Positions 19,685 through 27,955 of a DNA stretch of 64,000 nucleotides are shown here, in pieces (within the stretch, counting starts at the first letter, position 1; the number at the start of each line of letters is the position of its first letter). The DNA is taken from IMG/VR virus record IMGVR_UViG_3300045988_144737. One strand, written 5' to 3'. The notes beneath the pieces are model-generated. The model did not search any database, was not told where the DNA came from, and worked only from the letters and a program-made list of their open reading frames with translations. The translations under genes and the position numbers were made by a program. The DNA is from a virus.

Positions 19685-20354
19685 TCCAAACTTCTACAAC
19701 CTTTCTACCCCAATCACTATTATCCCAACGACAACCAATTGTATAGGGTGTGTTTAATCCATATTTATCAACATATTTTATTAATAATTTGAATAACCCA
19801 TGAAACCCATCTTCTTGAGAAGAATAACTATGATAATTATTTTGACCACCAATGCCCCCTGGGTTGTTTTTAGTCAACCATACCGAACTAGTTCCATTGC
19901 TTGTTTCTAGCCTCCATACAGAGTAAGCAAACCCAATATCGATTTGTGGATAATTTTGAGCAACGCTTTTAAACAATTGATTATCAATTTTATTTGGGTC
20001 AGTTAATTGAGCATTAATATTTGTATGAATATCAACACTATGGTTATACATAGCCAACCTAGCTTGTCTCTCTTGTTCTGCTTTTTCTAACTTCAATCTC
20101 TCTTCTTCTTGTTTTCTTTGCTCTTCTCTTGCCCTAGCTTGAGCAAGTGAATATTGCCTAATTCTTTCATCTTCTTGTTGTTTTTCCAATTGTTTCTTTT
20201 TAACATTGTCATCCAATGCTTTCATTTGCCTTTTTGCCATATTGGTTACTTTTTCTTTGTGCTTAGTATTTAGTTTTACAATTGGGTGAAACACCGAACT
20301 AATAGACAACATCAAGGCTGTTGTAACGCCAATTGCTTGTTTCTTTGTTTTCAT
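19668..20354 (-). CDS. Membrane-anchored putative peptidoglycan hydrolase (glucosaminidase/FlgJ-like C-terminal domain)
   Basis: N-terminal hydrophobic segment, E/R/K-rich coiled coil, C-terminal WRLETSNGTSSVWLTKNNPGGIGG resembling the glucosaminidase motif. Confidence 0.4.
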   Translation of the reverse strand: MKTKKQAIGVTTALMLSISSVFHPIVKLNTKHKEKVTNMAKRQMKALDDNVKKKQLEKQQEDERIRQYSLAQARAREEQRKQEEERLKLEKAEQERQARLAMYNHSVDIHTNINAQLTDPNKIDNQLFKSVAQNYPQIDIGFAYSVWRLETSNGTSSVWLTKNNPGGIGGQNNYHSYSSQEDGFHGLFKLLIKYVDKYGLNTPYTIGCRWDNSDWGRKVVEVWSEYID

Positions 20355-20404
20355 AAAATCCTCCTATTTGAGACAAATAACCTAATTAATTATAGACAAA
20401 TAGC

Positions 20405-21280
20405 CTACAATTGATTTAATAATCCATTAGCACTCATTCTATTAACCATTTTATTTTTTGTAACATGAGAGTAAATATTTAATGTGGTACTAATATCACT
20501 ATGCCCCAATTCTTCTTGTAACTCTTTAACATTTGCTCCATTTTCAATTTGAATACTTGCAAAACTATGTCTTAAACAATGAAAATGAAAGTCTTTGTAA
20601 TCTTCAAATCCGTTTTTTCTTAATACCGATTTAAAATTGTTATTAATATTTCTTTTATCTATTTTATTACCATGTTTAGTAATAAATAAAATATCATTAT
20701 TTGCTTGCGGTCTATCATTAACAATATAATCTTTTATGTAGTTTAAAGTAGGTTTGGAAAATCCTAAAAATCTTTCCTTGTTTCCCTTACCGATAACTCT
20801 AACGAATCCACCATCTTCGCTTTCTTGAATATCTTTAATACAAATATTTGTAACTTCTCCATAACGCATACCAGTTTCTAAGATTAAACTGTACAAAGCC
20901 TTATCTCTTGGTTTTTTAAGACCACGAATTAATTTTAAAGCATCTTGTGTATTTAGAAATTTTGTTTCTTTCTTATTTCTAATTTTGTATTTTAACAAAT
21001 ATGGACTTTTGTCAATCAATCCTCTTTGATAAAAATAATTATATAGTTGTTTGATAGGCATTGTATAATTAAATTGAGTATTAACAGACAATCCTTTTTT
21101 TACCAAAAAATAATTATATTCTTCAATATCAAAAGATGTAATTTTTAACAAATCATCCAATGTTTTAATTTCTTGGAAATCAAACCACATTTCTAAATTC
21201 TTTTTGTAAATGTTATATGTATTATCTTTGCCATCATTTTTAATTAATCCATTTAAAAATATTTCTACTTCTCTTATCAT
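20405..21280 (-). CDS. int: Tyrosine recombinase/integrase (XerC/D-like)
   Basis: C-terminal HCLRHSFAS..LGHSDISTTLNIYSHV (R-H-R-Y catalytic region). ATG at 21280 after AGAGGT is preferred over the SD-less TTG at 21361. Confidence 0.8.
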   Translation of the reverse strand: MIREVEIFLNGLIKNDGKDNTYNIYKKNLEMWFDFQEIKTLDDLLKITSFDIEEYNYFLVKKGLSVNTQFNYTMPIKQLYNYFYQRGLIDKSPYLLKYKIRNKKETKFLNTQDALKLIRGLKKPRDKALYSLILETGMRYGEVTNICIKDIQESEDGGFVRVIGKGNKERFLGFSKPTLNYIKDYIVNDRPQANNDILFITKHGNKIDKRNINNNFKSVLRKNGFEDYKDFHFHCLRHSFASIQIENGANVKELQEELGHSDISTTLNIYSHVTKNKMVNRMSANGLLNQL

Positions 21281-21371
21281 TTTCGCACGACCTCTTTCTA
21301 TTTGTTTTCTTAATACAACTACATTATATAATTTATTTTTCCACAAGTCAATACAATTCAATCACAAATTT

Positions 21372-21725
21372 TTAATAAATTCTTAATGCACATTTTAAAG
21401 CATTTTCTAAATCTTCCATTTCATCGTAATACAATTTGTCTAAGGTTTTTACAACTTGTTTTTTTGCAATAGTTGTAATTTGCTCACACAAACAAATACT
21501 TTCTTTGTAATTTAGATTTAATATTGTATGAGTTGGCAAGCGCTTTTTCTTTTTTGAAGTTAATGGTACAACAATTAGAATATCGCTATATTGATTACCA
21601 ACATTGTTACTAACAACAACGCATGGTCTTACACCGCTTTGAATATTATTTTCTTTTTGTTCTCCCAAATCAACTAATACCACATCTCCTCTTTTAAAAT
21701 TTTTATCTTGTTCATTTTTATCCAT
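21372..21725 (-). CDS. mazF: MazF/PemK-family endoribonuclease toxin
   Basis: KRGDVVLVDLGEQKENNIQSGVRPCVVVSNN..ILIVVPLTSKKKKRLPTHTIL matches the PemK fold signature. GGAGGAAG upstream. Confidence 0.75.
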   Translation of the reverse strand: MDKNEQDKNFKRGDVVLVDLGEQKENNIQSGVRPCVVVSNNVGNQYSDILIVVPLTSKKKKRLPTHTILNLNYKESICLCEQITTIAKKQVVKTLDKLYYDEMEDLENALKCALRIY

Positions 21726-22732
21726 ATGTACTTCCTCCGTATTTGTAATTTAATAAAATTATTTTTATTGATAAAACTCCGTTTTGAAAAAATATTTTTA
21801 TTATGCAATCTAGGATTTTGAAAAATAAAAAATTATTTTTATTAACAAAACTATAAAATAAAAAAATATTTTTAGCGTTATTATATAGATACTATATATA
21901 TTTTATTATAGTTTTATTGATATCTTTTATATCAAACCTTGATTACGATACTAATTATATCATATATTTAACTAATGTCAATATTTAATTTCAATTATTT
22001 ATTTTTGAACGTTTAATATAGTATAAGCATAATACTACCAAACAAATTATTTAGATTTAATCAATATAATTCTATTTTTAAAACAACACAACCATTAATA
22101 CAATTTATTAATACTTTGCAACATTCCATTATCGACCATACGAGAGCAATAATGAATGATTATATATAGTTATCATAAAACAATAAAACAACTCTACACA
22201 ATGTCATATGGTTTATATACACCCATATATAGATTTGATGAATTATATTAACTTTGTAGACCATAAACACATTCTATTAAATCTATTAATTATAAACATA
22301 ATAACAAATACAACTAGCTAATACTTACAACCATCTTATTTACAATCAACATTCCTTACGCCAAACACAAGCGAAGTCACCACATTGTATAGCAATGAAA
22401 TGGTTACAAAAGCAATTATGAAACCCTTATATTAATAACTTTTAAGAACCAAAAGCGACGATAAATGTATCAATTGTAAAATTGTTTGCTTTTAAAACCC
22501 ACATTTTACATACCACGGTTTAAAACTTTGCGACATTATACATTGTACGCTTTACTCGAATTGCGACATTGCAAACTTTAAGCCCTTTATTTTTTGTAGA
22601 AAGGATAAACCCCCTGCTTTACTGGATTTCCGACATTTCGAATTTTCCTATTTATTCCCTATAACCCAACTATATCAAGAAAAAACAGATCCGTCAAGAG
22701 ATTAACTAAGAAAATTTTTTAAAAAATAATTG

Positions 22733-22761
22733 TTGACTTATTTATTGAACACTAGTATAAT
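22733..22761 (+). promoter_or_regulatory. Sigma-A-type promoter of the rightward early cassette
   Basis: TTGACT (22733-22738), 17-nt spacer, TATAAT (22756-22761), A-rich upstream tract. Confidence 0.6.
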
Positions 22762-22787
22762 ATTAGATGAAAGGAGGCATAATAATA

Positions 22788-23156
22788 ATGAAACTAAAGG
22801 TAAAAGAATTAAACAACAATAATATTATTACATTAGATAACGTTAAAAGTGCAATTGCAATTAAGAAAAGTAATGATATTCTTGTAACTACAAAAGACAA
22901 CAAAATAAATACATTAAATAATTGCTCTATATGCAATAATGTATTAGTAGATATTTTAGAAAATGATTTAAGAAATAAAAATATTAATATCTACGATGAT
23001 TTGACAAACGAGTTTCTTATCTATGGCAAAGGTGAAAAACTCTTTCAATTGTTAAACTTTAACTATATGACATACCACGAGGTAATAGCAATTGCGCAAA
23101 ATAAAGATAGTTATGATATATTTGTAACTAATCTTAAAACAAAAGAAATTAAATAA
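22788..23156 (+). CDS. Hypothetical early protein, paralogue of 26376..26738
   Basis: ATG at 22788 after AAAGGAGG. The C-terminal ~80 aa are nearly identical to the paralogue. Confidence 0.6.
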   Translation: MKLKVKELNNNNIITLDNVKSAIAIKKSNDILVTTKDNKINTLNNCSICNNVLVDILENDLRNKNINIYDDLTNEFLIYGKGEKLFQLLNFNYMTYHEVIAIAQNKDSYDIFVTNLKTKEIK

Positions 23157-23176
23157 AAAAAAGAAAATATAAATAA

Positions 23177-23223
23177 TTCTTTACATTATTAATAAAGTAG
23201 TATATAATTAATAGTGTAAAGAA
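23177..23223 (+). promoter_or_regulatory. Palindromic promoter/operator unit 1
   Basis: TTTACA (23180-85), 17 nt, TATAAT (23203-08), embedded in inverted repeat TTCTTTACATTATTAAT / ATTAATAGTGTAAAGAA. Confidence 0.6.
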
Positions 23224-23247
23224 TTACTAAGAAAGGAATGACATTAA

Positions 23248-23652
23248 ATGAAATTTGTTTATAGTGATGGCGGTAGAAATAGATATTTTAAAGCTAACAA
23301 CGTTAATGATTGCGTAATTAGAGCTATATGCAATGCTACACAAAAAGATTATTTAGAAGTTTACAATGATTTGAAAAAATTAAATGGTGGTAAATCTTGC
23401 AGAAATGGAACACCGTTAAAAGTTGCTAAAAAATACATTAATAGTTTAAAGGGGTGGGAATGGGTTCCAACAATGCTAGTCGGACAAGGTTGTAAAGTCC
23501 ACTTAAAAAAAGATGAACTACCAAAAGGGATTCTTATTATTTCCTTAAGCAAGCATTATACTTGTGTAAAAAATGGGGTAATATATGATACATATGATTG
23601 CTCGCGCAATGAAACGAGGTGTGTATATGGTTTTTGGATTAAGAAAAATTAA
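23248..23652 (+). CDS. Hypothetical protein (NDCVIRAI..., ...HYTCVKNGVIYDTYD motifs)
   Basis: 134-aa ORF with AAAGGAATG-type RBS. The motif arrangement C...H...D is compatible with a small thiol hydrolase, but this is not verified. Confidence 0.5.
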   Translation: MKFVYSDGGRNRYFKANNVNDCVIRAICNATQKDYLEVYNDLKKLNGGKSCRNGTPLKVAKKYINSLKGWEWVPTMLVGQGCKVHLKKDELPKGILIISLSKHYTCVKNGVIYDTYDCSRNETRCVYGFWIKKN

Positions 23653-23834
23653 GTTTGCTTATTATTTAAATATTTTTAAAATTAGGTATATTAATAGGAA
23701 TTGTATATAAATTATGATTAGTATTTTTAACACCTATAAACACCAATTTAAAGGTGGTGAAGATAATTGGGCGCGTTAATTGTATTACTTATTATTTGGA
23801 TATTTTTAAAATTAGATAAATTAGTTTAAAATAA

Positions 23835-23881
23835 TTCTTTACATTATTAATAAAATAGTATATAATTAATAGTGTAAAGAA
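23835..23881 (+). promoter_or_regulatory. Palindromic promoter/operator unit 2
   Basis: Near-identical copy of unit 1. TTTACA 23838-43, TATAAT 23861-66, arms 23835-51 / 23865-81. Confidence 0.6.
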
Positions 23882-23902
23882 TAATAAAAGGAGAAAAGAA
23901 AA

Positions 23903-24190
23903 ATGGAAAAATTAAATTATTATTTAAAACCACAATACGATAAAGCAAAGTCTTTTTACAACAAAGCCGAGGTTGTAGATTATGGAGAAGTTAAATATTT
24001 GTATTCTTATAATACTTTAGTATGTACTTTAAAAAATGGTAAACTTGAATTAAATTATAATATTGATGAACATTTATTATTTAGTAGAACAACCCTAAGA
24101 CATATTAAAGAGTTCTTAAACCAACATTTTAAAGATAGCGAACGCTTTAAGACAAAAAAAGAAATTATTGAATTTGCAATAAATAAATAA
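23903..24190 (+). CDS. Hypothetical protein
   Basis: 95-aa ORF after AAAGGAGAAAAG. Confidence 0.5.
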   Translation: MEKLNYYLKPQYDKAKSFYNKAEVVDYGEVKYLYSYNTLVCTLKNGKLELNYNIDEHLLFSRTTLRHIKEFLNQHFKDSERFKTKKEIIEFAINK

Positions 24191-24215
24191 GGGCAAACCC
24201 CTAAGGAGCACGAAA

Positions 24216-24770
24216 ATGAACGCAAAAGAAAGCATATTAAAATTATACATAGAAAACAATTTAAGTGACGAAGATTTATTAAATTTATTTAAGGCATATG
24301 ATGGATATTCTGGTAATTATGAATTTTGTAATACATGGGATTTAGAAGAATTATGCTTTTGTTATAATGCTTATGACGTAGCAAAAATGATTATTAACGG
24401 AAATGTAAATAGTGTCGATGATGATGTTAGGTTCGATGATGATGGAAATTTAGAAAGCATAGACAATTATGATTTATACGATGAAATGTATGATTACTTA
24501 GGTAGTTTATGCGACGATTTATTGTCTAGTTGGTATAATATTGATAGTGAAATTGAATTTATAGATTATGATTTAAGAGCATTATTAGAGCATTTAGATT
24601 GTCGAGACGATGAATTATATATTAGATTAAATGATAACAACATTACAAAAGATGTTTTAATTAGTGATATCGATTTCGATAAAATTGATGATGTTTGCGA
24701 TGTAAATTTAATTTGTGAAGAAGTAGATAATGATAATTTTGTTTTTATTGAGTTAGCTTGTAACTTTTAA
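24216..24770 (+). CDS. Highly acidic hypothetical protein (candidate DNA mimic)
   Basis: Hand count about 33 D plus 15 E versus about 10 K/R in 184 aa. AAGGAG RBS. Confidence 0.5.
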   Translation: MNAKESILKLYIENNLSDEDLLNLFKAYDGYSGNYEFCNTWDLEELCFCYNAYDVAKMIINGNVNSVDDDVRFDDDGNLESIDNYDLYDEMYDYLGSLCDDLLSSWYNIDSEIEFIDYDLRALLEHLDCRDDELYIRLNDNNITKDVLISDIDFDKIDDVCDVNLICEEVDNDNFVFIELACNF

Positions 24771-24786
24771 ATTTTATTTAAAATAA

Positions 24787-24833
24787 TTATTGACACTATT
24801 AATGAATTGATATATAATTAGTAGTGTCAATAA
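24787..24833 (+). promoter_or_regulatory. Palindromic promoter/operator unit 3 (variant)
   Basis: TTGACA 24790-95, 17 nt, TATAAT 24813-18, arms TTATTGACACTATTAAT / ATTAGTAGTGTCAATAA. Confidence 0.55.
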
Positions 24834-24966
24834 AAATTATATTAAAGGGGTGAAAAATAATGAAACTCAAACTAATTAAAGGCTTATATAAATTACATAT
24901 TATCGATTTAGAAAAAGCCATGGCACTAAGCAAATAAAGCATATTAAAAATAAATTAATAAAAGTA

Positions 24967-24995
24967 TTGCAATTATAATACATATATGATATATT
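24967..24995 (+). promoter_or_regulatory. Promoter (extended -10)
   Basis: TTGCAA, 17 nt, TGaTATATT. Confidence 0.45.
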
Positions 24996-25043
24996 AATAA
25001 TGTGGAAAATATCCATAAAAAACATATGAAAGAGGTAAACAAA

Positions 25044-25505
25044 ATGGAAAAACAAAAAATCACAAAATTTGGCGATGATTATTATTTATTAGGGATCAAC
25101 CAAAACAATGAAAAGGTATGGTTAGAAAAACCTAGTTGGGATTGCAATTGGTATTGGGGTTTGGGATATGTAGAAATCTTTAACCAAAATTATAGCGATA
25201 TTGATACACATACGCACTTTAATTTATTGTTCTTTAACACAAACAAAATGAGCCGTGACGCTTTTAAAGAATATTTTAAAGAAACAACTCTAAATAATAA
25301 AGAACTATGGACGTTGTTAGAATGTATGAAATCTTTATATACACTAAGCGAGTATAGTGAACTCTTGCATATAGGCGGAAGTAACTACACATCAAACCCT
25401 TGCAAAGAATTATTAAAAAATGAAAATGAATATGATAGAATTAATAATATTTTAATTCCTAACTTATGGGAACAAGTAGAAAATATTTTAAAGGGGGATA
25501 AATAA
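25044..25505 (+). CDS. Hypothetical protein
   Basis: ATG at 25044 after AAGAGGT. The upstream extension in the ORF track lacks an RBS. Confidence 0.5.
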   Translation: MEKQKITKFGDDYYLLGINQNNEKVWLEKPSWDCNWYWGLGYVEIFNQNYSDIDTHTHFNLLFFNTNKMSRDAFKEYFKETTLNNKELWTLLECMKSLYTLSEYSELLHIGGSNYTSNPCKELLKNENEYDRINNILIPNLWEQVENILKGDK

Positions 25506-25507
25506 AA

Positions 25508-25747
25508 ATGACAAAAAAGGAAATTATCCAAAACACTAAACCTTTTGCTTATTATAGCGGTTACAGCGGTATAGAATTACATCATATTGAGTATGGGATT
25601 GATGACCATGTGTATTTTATAGCAGGCACACGGACTGCTAACAAGTCATATCACAAAAGTAAGGTTTACTTTAACTTAAATGGTGATAGTTATATTAAAT
25701 TTAATGGAAATAGAATTCCATTAGGTGAATGTATTATGATGAATTAA
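25508..25747 (+). CDS. Hypothetical protein
   Basis: 79-aa ORF, coupled to the upstream stop. Confidence 0.45.
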   Translation: MTKKEIIQNTKPFAYYSGYSGIELHHIEYGIDDHVYFIAGTRTANKSYHKSKVYFNLNGDSYIKFNGNRIPLGECIMMN

Positions 25748-25764
25748 AAAGGAGAAGGGTAAAA

Positions 25765-25959
25765 ATGGAAACAAGATTAAGAAAATTATTAAAAAAAGAA
25801 CTACTAACAGAAAATGAAGTTAAGGAAGTTGAAGAACACGAAGAAGTATTAGAATGTATATATAACGGATATTTTGATAATAAATACGCTCCAAGTACGT
25901 CGTGGTTTAGCGTTAAAACAATCGACAATGGGGAGTTTGATATTTATTGCAAATATTAA
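25765..25959 (+). CDS. Hypothetical protein
   Basis: ATG at 25765 after AAAGGAGAAGGG. Confidence 0.45.
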   Translation: METRLRKLLKKELLTENEVKEVEEHEEVLECIYNGYFDNKYAPSTSWFSVKTIDNGEFDIYCKY

Positions 25960-25969
25960 AAAATAATGC

Positions 25970-25998
25970 TTTACTTTATAATATAATTATGGTAATAT
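25970..25998 (+). promoter_or_regulatory. Promoter of the reiterated AATGCTTTACT type
   Basis: TTTACT, 17 nt, TGgTAATAT. Confidence 0.45.
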
Positions 25999-26051
25999 AA
26001 TATACGTGAAAGGGTTATATTGATTAATTACATAATAAGGAGGTGAATTTT

Positions 26052-26138
26052 ATGGAATGGTTTATTATGTTGCCAATGATATTATTTATAGTATTTAGTC
26101 TAGCAATGTTATTAATAGATAAATTTAGCAAAAAGTAA
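26052..26138 (+). CDS. 28-aa hydrophobic micro-protein
   Basis: AAGGAGGTG RBS, translation MEWFIMLPMILFIVFSLAMLLIDKFSKK (single TM). Confidence 0.4.
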   Translation: MEWFIMLPMILFIVFSLAMLLIDKFSKK

Positions 26139-26316
26139 TAACTATACATAAAAAAATAATAACCCTTTTACATTTTTCTTTGATTTAATTAGGTAGCTAC
26201 GCATTAATATGCTTATGTACTTTTGTTTTCGATTACATTCTAAATATTCTATGTTTGGATTTTATAAAAATGTAGTTACCTAATTAAATTAAAGAAAGAT
26301 ATATTTAAAATAATTC

Positions 26317-26345
26317 TTTACTTTAATATATTAAACGCTTATAAT
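26317..26345 (+). promoter_or_regulatory. Promoter (AAAATAATTCTTTACT type)
   Basis: TTTACT 26317-22, 17 nt, TATAAT 26340-45. Confidence 0.55.
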
Positions 26346-26375
26346 AGTAGGTGTAAAAAACAAGGAGGATAAAAA

Positions 26376-26738
26376 ATGAAATTAAAATTTAAAGAATTAT
26401 CTAGCAATACGATATTTACATTAGATAATATTAAAAGCGCAATCAAGGAAAGCGAAAATATTACCATAACAACAAAGGACAATGAAACAAGTATTTTACT
26501 TGATTGTTCTATATGTAATAATGTATTAGTGGATATTTTAGAAAATGATTTAAGAAATAAAAATATCAATATCTATGATAATCTAACAAATGAGTTTCTT
26601 GTCTATGGTAAGGGTGAAAAACTTTTCCAATTATTAAACTTTAGTTATATGACATATCATGAAGTTATAGCAATTACACAAAATAAAGATAGTTATGATA
26701 TATTTATAACTAATCTTAAAACAAAAGATATTAAATAA
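26376..26738 (+). CDS. Hypothetical early protein, paralogue of 22788..23156
   Basis: AAGGAGGA RBS. ..CSICNNVLVDILENDLRNKNINIYD.LTNEFL.YGKGEKLFQLLNF.YMTYHEVIAI.QNKDSYDIF.TNLKTK.IK is shared. Confidence 0.6.
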   Translation: MKLKFKELSSNTIFTLDNIKSAIKESENITITTKDNETSILLDCSICNNVLVDILENDLRNKNINIYDNLTNEFLVYGKGEKLFQLLNFSYMTYHEVIAITQNKDSYDIFITNLKTKDIK

Positions 26739-26774
26739 GGAATAAAAAATTTTACTTATGGATTAAAAAAATAC

Positions 26775-26803
26775 TTTACTTTATAATATTATTATGATAT
26801 CCT
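26775..26803 (+). promoter_or_regulatory. Weaker promoter copy
   Basis: TTTACT then TGaTATCCT at 17-nt spacing. Confidence 0.35.
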
Positions 26804-26851
26804 TATATTGTAGAAAGGGATAGGAAATTAATTCCTATAAAGGTGAAAGAA

Positions 26852-27127
26852 ATGTTTGTAAAAAATTGTGGTAATGTTAAAATGGTTTTATTCTTAAATG
26901 ATGGTTGTTGTGATATGTGTTTGATTGATGAATATAATACATATAACAAGTATAGTGATTTTTCAAGTGTGATTGACACTTTCGAAACACAAATGATATT
27001 AATTTCTAGTGGTGATGATGTTAAAACATTCTTATTATATAAAGAAGAATATTATGAAATTGGTGAATTGATTGATATATTTGAAGAAGGATGTAAATAT
27101 GTTTATGGCATGAAAGGTTGTGAATAA
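26852..27127 (+). CDS. Hypothetical protein
   Basis: ATG 26852 after AAAGGTGA. Confidence 0.45.
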   Translation: MFVKNCGNVKMVLFLNDGCCDMCLIDEYNTYNKYSDFSSVIDTFETQMILISSGDDVKTFLLYKEEYYEIGELIDIFEEGCKYVYGMKGCE

Positions 27128-27128
27128 A

Positions 27129-27323
27129 ATGAACTTAGGCGAATTATTAATGAAAGATTTTAAAGATGATGTTACTATTTTTGATAAAAATAATAACATT
27201 ATTGCAAGTGGTAATAACGATGATTTATTTGATATGCTAGGGTATTATTTCCTAGATTTAAAAGTTCTTAGAAATGACGATGGTATGATTAATGTTGATA
27301 TTAGTTTAGGAGGTAATGAATAA
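27129..27323 (+). CDS. Small protein, member 1 of a tandem paralogue family
   Basis: MNLGELLMKDF..VTIFDKNNNIIASG..LFDMLGYYFLDLKV..INVDISLGGNE. ATG right after the upstream stop. Confidence 0.5.
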   Translation: MNLGELLMKDFKDDVTIFDKNNNIIASGNNDDLFDMLGYYFLDLKVLRNDDGMINVDISLGGNE

Positions 27324-27517
27324 TGACGTTAAAAGAATTATTACTTGAAAACTTAGATAGAGAAGTTGTTTTATTCGACAAAAACGACAATATAGTTGCA
27401 AATGGTAGAGCAGGTAATTTATTTAATACATTGAGTTATTATTTCCTAGATTTAAAGGTTATTTTTAATGGTAAACTTTGGGTTAATGTTGATTTTAAAT
27501 TGGGAGGTGATGAATAA
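27323..27517 (+). CDS. Small protein, member 2 of the tandem paralogue family
   Basis: MTLKELLLENL..VVLFDKNDNIVANG..LFNTLSYYFLDLKV..VNVDFKLGGDE. ATGA-type overlap with the upstream stop. Confidence 0.5.
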   Translation: MTLKELLLENLDREVVLFDKNDNIVANGRAGNLFNTLSYYFLDLKVIFNGKLWVNVDFKLGGDE

Positions 27518-27906
27518 TGGAATTATTAAAGGATTATTTAGAAAGTGAAGAGTTTAATAAAAAAATATTTATCCATGATAAAAATGAAAGGCTAGTTGTC
27601 TACGGGGATAAAGAATCATTAAAACACCAATGCAACCATAAGCTTCAAAGCGCAAGAGTAGCCAAAGTCTTAGATTATGGAAATACCTTTTACATTTTTG
27701 TGGATTTTATGGCTCCATTAAAATTAGGAGATGTTTTACGGGATTACTACTATGATTTTGTGTATATCTATGATTCTAATGGACAAGCAATAGTAAAAGC
27801 CAAAAGCTCAAGCATTTTAAAAATAATGGAAAAATCTTTATATAATAAAGAAGTCTTTGCCATCAAAGAATATGTTGATGATATTTATATTGGAATCAAT
27901 TTATAA
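27517..27906 (+). CDS. Protein with two divergent copies of the same module (members 3-4)
   Basis: MELLKDYLESE..IFIHDKNERLVVYG.. and ..LKLGDVLRDYY..VYIYDSNGQAIVKA.. repeat the pattern. Confidence 0.45.
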   Translation: MELLKDYLESEEFNKKIFIHDKNERLVVYGDKESLKHQCNHKLQSARVAKVLDYGNTFYIFVDFMAPLKLGDVLRDYYYDFVYIYDSNGQAIVKAKSSSILKIMEKSLYNKEVFAIKEYVDDIYIGINL

Positions 27907-27927
27907 ATATAAATAAGTAAATAAAAT

Positions 27928-27955
27928 ATAACCCTATTTTAATAAGTAGGGTTAT
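27928..27955 (+). terminator. Hairpin terminator ending the early cassette
   Basis: ATAACCCTA (27928-36) / TAGGGTTAT (27947-55), 10-nt loop, followed by TTTAT. Confidence 0.55.

Noticed and set aside
23361-26569. Minus-strand ORFs 23361..23552, 25734..25928, 26339..26569
   Set aside because: Antisense to plus-strand early genes that have promoters and strong SDs. No signals of their own.
22733-26810. Whether the reiterated ~47-bp units could be a CRISPR array
   Set aside because: Repeats are 0.6-1 kb apart, separated by genes, contain -35/-10 hexamers at 17-nt spacing, and are not uniform in length. No cas genes are present.
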